Assembly (NCBI RefSeq): GCF_000217995.1
Contig: NC_015676.1
Coordinates: 1,345,708-1,409,707, forward strand
Direction: 5' to 3'
DNA from: Methanosalsum zhilinae DSM 4017
Lineage (GTDB): Archaea; Halobacteriota; Methanosarcinia; Methanosarcinales; Methanosarcinaceae
Length of the DNA stretch: 64,000 nt
In this document: positions 58,837 to 64,000 of the stretch, in pieces
How positions within the stretch are numbered: the first letter of the stretch is position 1
How the letters are laid out: each line of letters opens with the position of its first letter
Notes under the pieces: generated by a model
Seen by the model: only the letters and a program-made list of their open reading frames with translations
What the model was told of the DNA's origin: nothing
Database searches by the model: none
Made by a program: the position numbers and the translations under genes

Positions 58837-60688
58837 TTAGCAACCCCATCTCCTTTAAAAAACGAGAAGGTTGCTTATGCCATCCAAAATATTCGTTTGC
58901 ATAACTCAAATACAGAGATTTTGATGCACGAGTAATTGCTACAAAACAGTTTCTTCTCTCTTCTTCTATTGATTTATTTCCACTTCTAATTGCAAAATAA
59001 GTTGGGAACTGCTCTTCAGCTAATCCTATAATAAAAACATGATCGAACTCCATTCCTTTTGCAGAGTGAACTGTTTGTAATCGGACGCAATCTTTTCCAA
59101 TTGACTTCAACTTGGGCGTTAAATCCATTTCTTGGAGAAATACGTGGAGTCCAACATTTCCTTCATAAGTATCCTCAATGTCCTGTGCAATTCTCGTCCA
59201 ATTTTCTTTATCGTCTTTGTAATCAGGAAATAAATCATCTTTTTCATCGTCAGTATTCAAGTAATCGAAATGATTAATGTATATCTCAATAAATTTTTGA
59301 AATTGGATTGTATCACAAAGATAACTGATTCCGGCATTACAAACTGGATTCAATATTTCACTTTGAGAAGCAGTATCAAAAAAAGCACGAAGCAAAGAAC
59401 TACCTTCAACATGTGCTTTTGCAGAGATGTCTTCAGCTGATAGTACTAAACCGTTTATGTCAGTTGCTGATGCACAAAGCTTGTTGAGAACACTACGAGA
59501 GTTAGCTGCATTGGCCAATTTAAGGCAAAAATACATTGTCAGTAGAATAGGACTTGAAAAATCTTGATTCTTGCTGACGATTTCTGCATTTATACTATGT
59601 TCATTTAAGTACTTATTTGCAGCAGTAAGTAGTTTATTGCTTCTTGCTATCAATAAACATTTATCTCTACTTTTTAGAGGAATTACGTTAATCTCATCAA
59701 CTAAACCTGAAAGTTCATGGTCAAAATTTTCATATGATGTTAATTTAACTGTACCACTTTCATCACTAAACGGAATTCCAGGTTTTTTTGTATGGATTCT
59801 ATAGGAATTATGTTCAATGAGCTTATTTGCTATTTCTACGATTTCCTTTTGGCAACGATAATTATATGGAAGTTGCAGGACTTCTATATTGTAATCGCTT
59901 TTAAGAGATTCCAATCTTTTTGGATCAGCTCCATTCCACTGGAAGATAATCTGGTCTTCATCTGCGACAATAAAAAGATTTGCATTTTCGGTGGGAGCTA
60001 ACAATTTGAGTATTAAATATTGAGCTAGATTTGTATCTTGGAATTCATCTACACAGATATACTTGTACACTGTTCTTAGTTGTCGAGCAATGCGTGGTTT
60101 CGTTTCAAGAAGTTGTCTTGTGAAGTAGAGCATAGACCCAAAATCTAGTTGATTTTCCTTTGAAAGTGCTTGAATGTATTGATTAAATATTGTTTGTAAA
60201 TCGTAACACTCAGTTTGATTTTCAGGAGTGAAATACTTTGGTAGTTCCTCAACAGATATCCCGTGAGTAAACATGGTATCTATTCTGCTTAATATATCTT
60301 CAGGATTATCAACATCAAGTTCCTTAAGGATGGCAATTCGATCCTTTTCATCAGTTATCACTGAAAAGTCCGGCTTAAGGTTGAGATGACTCCCATGTTG
60401 ACGCAATAAATCAGTACAAAATGCATGAAAGGTACGCAGCTGAACTCTATTATCCATATTCCCAAGCAGCATATTTATCCGGTCTTTCATTTCCTTGGCT
60501 GCTTTCACAGTGAATGTTAGACCAAGGATACGGAAATTTTCATCGGGACTGTTTTTTATAATGTTTGCGATTCTCATCGTCAAAACAGCAGTTTTACCAG
60601 ATCCCGGTCCGGCAAGTACGAGAAGGGATTTCTCTCCCCATTCAACTGCTTGGCGTTGACTTTCATTTAGCTGAAAAACTGATATCAT
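58829..60688 (-). CDS. UvrD/PcrA/Rep-like SF1 helicase (GajB-like)
   Basis: Motif I reads LNESQRQAV...LVLAGPGSGKT, followed by UvrD-type Q-motif and helicase motifs. The start overlaps the upstream OLD-family gene by 4 nt. Confidence 0.7.
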   Translation of the reverse strand: MISVFQLNESQRQAVEWGEKSLLVLAGPGSGKTAVLTMRIANIIKNSPDENFRILGLTFTVKAAKEMKDRINMLLGNMDNRVQLRTFHAFCTDLLRQHGSHLNLKPDFSVITDEKDRIAILKELDVDNPEDILSRIDTMFTHGISVEELPKYFTPENQTECYDLQTIFNQYIQALSKENQLDFGSMLYFTRQLLETKPRIARQLRTVYKYICVDEFQDTNLAQYLILKLLAPTENANLFIVADEDQIIFQWNGADPKRLESLKSDYNIEVLQLPYNYRCQKEIVEIANKLIEHNSYRIHTKKPGIPFSDESGTVKLTSYENFDHELSGLVDEINVIPLKSRDKCLLIARSNKLLTAANKYLNEHSINAEIVSKNQDFSSPILLTMYFCLKLANAANSRSVLNKLCASATDINGLVLSAEDISAKAHVEGSSLLRAFFDTASQSEILNPVCNAGISYLCDTIQFQKFIEIYINHFDYLNTDDEKDDLFPDYKDDKENWTRIAQDIEDTYEGNVGLHVFLQEMDLTPKLKSIGKDCVRLQTVHSAKGMEFDHVFIIGLAEEQFPTYFAIRSGNKSIEEERRNCFVAITRASKSLYLSYANEYFGWHKQPSRFLKEMGLLND

Positions 60689-62517
60689 TGGGCACCTCCA
60701 GAAATACCATTGACTTTTTCAAGAATCTGTTTTATTTCTTCTGGGACACCATCTGCTCCTCTATCTTTAATTAACATAATTGCATTAAGTGAAGCAGCAG
60801 GCTTTGAAAAGTGTCTTTTGAGGCAAGCATATACCTGATTCCAATATTCAGGAGTTTCCTCTTCTGCTGTAATTTCAGGATTAGATCTGTCTTCTAGTTT
60901 TCTGGCTACATTCAAAGCTTGACCTGGTTTCTCGGGAAAAGTTTCTTTTATTTCTTCTAATACTTGTTCCCAAGTAGCAGTTGGATAAGTAGTAGTATTA
61001 GTACTTATTCCATCTAAATAAGGATCTCCGTAACCTGCAACACAAAGAAGAACATCCATGTTTGACTCAGAAAGTTTTGTAATATATGTAGACTCGTCTC
61101 TTCCATTCAACAAATTCTTTGCACTTCTAATATACTTATCTCCGGCTTGATCATTATCTGCTAACAAATGCCAATCAATACCAAGGGAATCTGCCACTTT
61201 GATAAATAAACCAGGACCACCTGCTTGACTATATTCGACAATTCGCAGACCACATTGATGTATATCAATTTCTAATATTTGAGCACATTCGGACACTACA
61301 GAAACGTCAGTCTCACCCTCAACAAGTAACCATTTTTTAGCAAATAGTAATTCTCCACGATTTCTTCTAACTTGGTGATTAAATTTCCTCAACTCTTCAG
61401 GAGTCAAGCAATCCTTTTGAATTATATTGCATTCGCATACATTTGACATTCTATTCATTCTTCTAAGATTTTCAACAGGCACCTCCGACAGAATGTCACC
61501 TGAATGAGTTGCAATAATCTTTTGCCCTGGCAAATTACCTAAAATAGGCCAAATTGCACGGATTGCATTGGGGTGCAAGTGTGCTTCTGGTTCTTCAATC
61601 GCAATTATTGGCTCTGCTAAACGATTTACATCGACTTTTATCCGGGTTTTTAAATATGCACTAAAAAGAAGAAGCACGCAAAGACTCTGAGTACCTTCTC
61701 CATGGTTATAGATAGGAACTTTTGTATTAGTGACGGTAGGAATGTTTACATCTGTGTATCGTATTGTTTTATAAAAATCAGCTGGTTTAGGATCTATGCT
61801 AACATTATTAGCATCTCCTACAGAAATAAGAGTTGAAAGCTGCTTTACTTCGGTAACAACGTCCTGAAATGACAAGTGAGAACCAACAATTTTTTTATTT
61901 ACTTCTTCTAGTTCAGATTCTAATTCGATTCTGGTATCATCATTTAGGCTTTTACTTTTTAAAAAAGCTGACCAAAATGTAGCTTGGCTACGAAATTCTT
62001 CTTTTGCATCTCTAAGTGCAGAAAGATAATAAAAAGGACGTAGTTTTCTTATTTCTTTAAGAAAAGACTGCTTACCTACCATTTCATTACCAGCATCGTC
62101 TAAAAAGCAATAACTTTGTTTTAATTCACCATCTTCTTCATCAAACCAACCACTTATACGCAATTTAATCTTTGAGTAATCATCACCAACAATTACCTCG
62201 TTTAATGATTGTACGATTTTATCGTTCCATTGATGTTCTTCTGTTTCCTCAAATGTAAATGTGAGATTTATTGGTAAAAACTGCTCTTTCTTCTTTATTT
62301 CATTGTCACGGTAAAAATCATATTCTGAAAAATTAAAAGTTCGATCAGACTTTATTAAATCCATACCTATGCGTAATGCCTCTAGTACAGAAGTTTTTCC
62401 GCTGTTATTTTCCCCAATCAGAACGGTAATGTCATGATCAAATTCAATCTCTAATGAACTAACACCACGAAAATTTTCAATCTGGACTTTTGTTAGGAAC
62501 ATCTCATTCCCCTCCAA
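60685..62517 (-). CDS. OLD-family ATPase-TOPRIM nuclease (GajA-like)
   Basis: The N-terminal ABC-type ATPase reads FRGVSSLEIEF...VLIGENNSGKTSVLEAL. The C-terminal TOPRIM reads LLVEGETD. The 610-aa size and the adjacent UvrD-like helicase are typical of Gabija. Confidence 0.75.
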   Translation of the reverse strand: MEGNEMFLTKVQIENFRGVSSLEIEFDHDITVLIGENNSGKTSVLEALRIGMDLIKSDRTFNFSEYDFYRDNEIKKKEQFLPINLTFTFEETEEHQWNDKIVQSLNEVIVGDDYSKIKLRISGWFDEEDGELKQSYCFLDDAGNEMVGKQSFLKEIRKLRPFYYLSALRDAKEEFRSQATFWSAFLKSKSLNDDTRIELESELEEVNKKIVGSHLSFQDVVTEVKQLSTLISVGDANNVSIDPKPADFYKTIRYTDVNIPTVTNTKVPIYNHGEGTQSLCVLLLFSAYLKTRIKVDVNRLAEPIIAIEEPEAHLHPNAIRAIWPILGNLPGQKIIATHSGDILSEVPVENLRRMNRMSNVCECNIIQKDCLTPEELRKFNHQVRRNRGELLFAKKWLLVEGETDVSVVSECAQILEIDIHQCGLRIVEYSQAGGPGLFIKVADSLGIDWHLLADNDQAGDKYIRSAKNLLNGRDESTYITKLSESNMDVLLCVAGYGDPYLDGISTNTTTYPTATWEQVLEEIKETFPEKPGQALNVARKLEDRSNPEITAEEETPEYWNQVYACLKRHFSKPAASLNAIMLIKDRGADGVPEEIKQILEKVNGISGGAQ

Positions 62518-63979
62518 CCCTTGTCACAGCCTGATCATACCACATCAGCAACTTTGGATCCTCTTCCAGAACCTTGTTCGGAATCAGATCAGCCACCTTA
62601 ATTATCGTAGAATAATCCCTCTCCTGCCATGCCTTCTTAAAACCAGCCTGTACAGCCTCCATCCTGAATACTTTGAGCTTCTTAGTAGACTGCCTGTACT
62701 CCTCGAACTCTTTCAGCAGTGACTTCTCACGCAGTTTCTCCAGGTCCCCTGCCTTGTTGGGATCTGGTACATACCATCTATCCTTAGCCTTAGCCACCAA
62801 TCCCGGATCATTCTTCTGCAGGTTACGCATCTCCGGCCAATTCGTAGAAAGATAGCCATGTATCTGGCTTGGCACGTCACCAATACCATTGTAGCTGAGG
62901 AAGTTCTGGTTCAGCAGTTCCCTAAGGTCCAGTTGCTCTTCGTTCTTGCTCCAGCCACCAAGCTCCTGCATGAACTGCGGATTAATATCCTGGAATGTCT
63001 GTGGTTTTACCTTGAGAAGCTGACGTAACCACTGAATTGCAGAAGCCTCGTCAGACACGAAAAGTTTTGTTTGGATGAAGTGTCCGGATGTCAGTTTCTT
63101 ACGATCATACTCTGCAGCCTGCTCTGGTAAGAAGTACATACCATCACGCTCAATGAACCGCTGCCCAAGTCCTATCTGAAAATCCTGACTAGAAATTGGT
63201 ACGGGATATCCTTTGCGGACGTAGTAGGCTACCATCTGATCGAAAAGAATACGCGAATCACGTTCGGGAATTAATTGCATTAAAGCTCCCTGGTATTTGG
63301 TGACTGGAAGATATTCCAAATGAGTACGGATAAAGTCCCATACACCGTCTTCAGTTTCTGCTTCATTCTGGAAGCGTTGCTCGAAGCCGCCATTGGGTTT
63401 GTAAGCAGAGATAACAAGATCTTGTTTAACGGCTGTTGGTGTAGTAACCGCTTTAAAACTTCTCTGTTGTTTATCTAAAGAGGAAACGTTTGCAGCAATG
63501 AATCCAGCTTCTAATAATGCTGTTTGAATACTATTCCAAACAGAAGCATTTGTATTAGAGAATTCAACTGTCATCCAGCGTCCAGGTTTAAGTGCCTTAT
63601 ATTTTTCCCTGAAACATTCCGTCATCAGATGACGATAATCATCTAAGCTCTTGCCTTGAGATTTGTTTTCTATAGCTTCAACTTCATTTTTTGTTTTTAA
63701 TCTTAGCCACTCTTCCCAAAGAGAACTCAACTCAGAATAATTTAGATTAGAACCAAATGGAGGATCTGTAAAAACATAATCAACTTGTCCACAGAAGGAA
63801 TCGGTACTTGATTTTGTACTTATCAACGTAGATAATTCAACATCTTTAAAAGCTAAACACAGTTTCTTCAGTTTATTGTAATAAGCAACAAATACATTAG
63901 ATTCTGAAATTTGTGATCCAATATAAAAAGTCCCACTCAAAGGATTGTAAGGGAATGAATACTCCAGGTCTATAACGGT
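62504..63979 (-). CDS. N6-adenine DNA methyltransferase, C-terminal portion (HsdM/gamma-class-like motif IV DPPFG); the N-terminal motifs are not in this frame
   Basis: Motif IV VDYVFTDPPFGSN is followed by LKPGRWMTVEFSN (motif V/VI-like), then a long C-terminal region. The reading frame is closed by an in-frame TAA at 63980-63982 and contains no ATG upstream of the motif. The adjacent minus-strand frame stays open to the window edge. Confidence 0.55.
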   Translation of the reverse strand, partial: TVIDLEYSFPYNPLSGTFYIGSQISESNVFVAYYNKLKKLCLAFKDVELSTLISTKSSTDSFCGQVDYVFTDPPFGSNLNYSELSSLWEEWLRLKTKNEVEAIENKSQGKSLDDYRHLMTECFREKYKALKPGRWMTVEFSNTNASVWNSIQTALLEAGFIAANVSSLDKQQRSFKAVTTPTAVKQDLVISAYKPNGGFEQRFQNEAETEDGVWDFIRTHLEYLPVTKYQGALMQLIPERDSRILFDQMVAYYVRKGYPVPISSQDFQIGLGQRFIERDGMYFLPEQAAEYDRKKLTSGHFIQTKLFVSDEASAIQWLRQLLKVKPQTFQDINPQFMQELGGWSKNEEQLDLRELLNQNFLSYNGIGDVPSQIHGYLSTNWPEMRNLQKNDPGLVAKAKDRWYVPDPNKAGDLEKLREKSLLKEFEEYRQSTKKLKVFRMEAVQAGFKKAWQERDYSTIIKVADLIPNKVLEEDPKLLMWYDQAVTRVGGE

Positions 63980-64000
63980 TTAACTTACTTATATTAATTA

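Noticed and set aside
62504-63940. ORF-track start (Met) of the methyltransferase ORF.
   Set aside because: The codon at 63938-63940 is TTG on the minus strand, not ATG. The true start cannot be fixed because the conserved N-terminal MTase motifs are missing from this frame (see the finding on the in-frame stop).

Overview
This window looks archaeal, most like a Methanosarcinales-type methanogen, judging from gene content: r-proteins L7Ae, S28e, L24e, S6e and L21e, aIF5B, Pus10/TrmY, RpoF and an intron-containing tRNA-Trp. The first ~21 kb is conserved core chromosome. It holds the gyrA 3' end, pdxS/pdxT, the L7Ae-S28e-L24e-ndk-aIF5B-S6e cluster, an ABC transporter, tRNA-Trp(CCA) whose intron carries a box C/D sRNA, shikimate kinase and chorismate mutase, purE, a NikR-like regulator, a two-subunit 2-oxoacid:ferredoxin oxidoreductase, the ksgA-DUF655-rpoF-rpl21e cluster, and pus10-trmY. 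A tyrosine recombinase at 20.3-21.4 kb is followed by a markedly more AT-rich accessory region that runs to the window edge. Part A of that region (about 26.6-36.7 kb) is a putative membrane-remodelling module. Its minus-strand operon encodes an RHH regulator, an ESCRT-III/Snf7-like coiled-coil protein, a MIT-domain AAA ATPase (Vps4/CdvC-like) and two unknown proteins. A divergently transcribed SPFH/band-7 protein with a zinc ribbon sits beside it. Three paralogues of an unrecognised ~250-aa domain flank the module: one fused to a Cys-rich tail, one to TM plus an OpuAC-like solute-binding domain, and one to TM plus a beta-rich ectodomain. Part B (about 37-64 kb) is a defence island. It contains a NYN nuclease paired with an acidic partner, a TPR-SF2 helicase, and a 2004-aa split-core helicase with DUF1998-like zinc ribbons (DruE/DrmA-DrmB-like). 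It also contains an IS5-family IS with 15-bp inverted repeats, an HD-domain (p)ppGpp-hydrolase-like gene, and a six-gene translationally coupled operon. That operon reads as a BREX-like core (HsdM-like methyltransferase, SNF2 helicase, PglZ, small terminal gene) with a Gabija-like OLD-family ATPase/TOPRIM plus UvrD-like helicase pair nested inside it. All annotations rest on motifs and architecture read from the translations; no database search was run.
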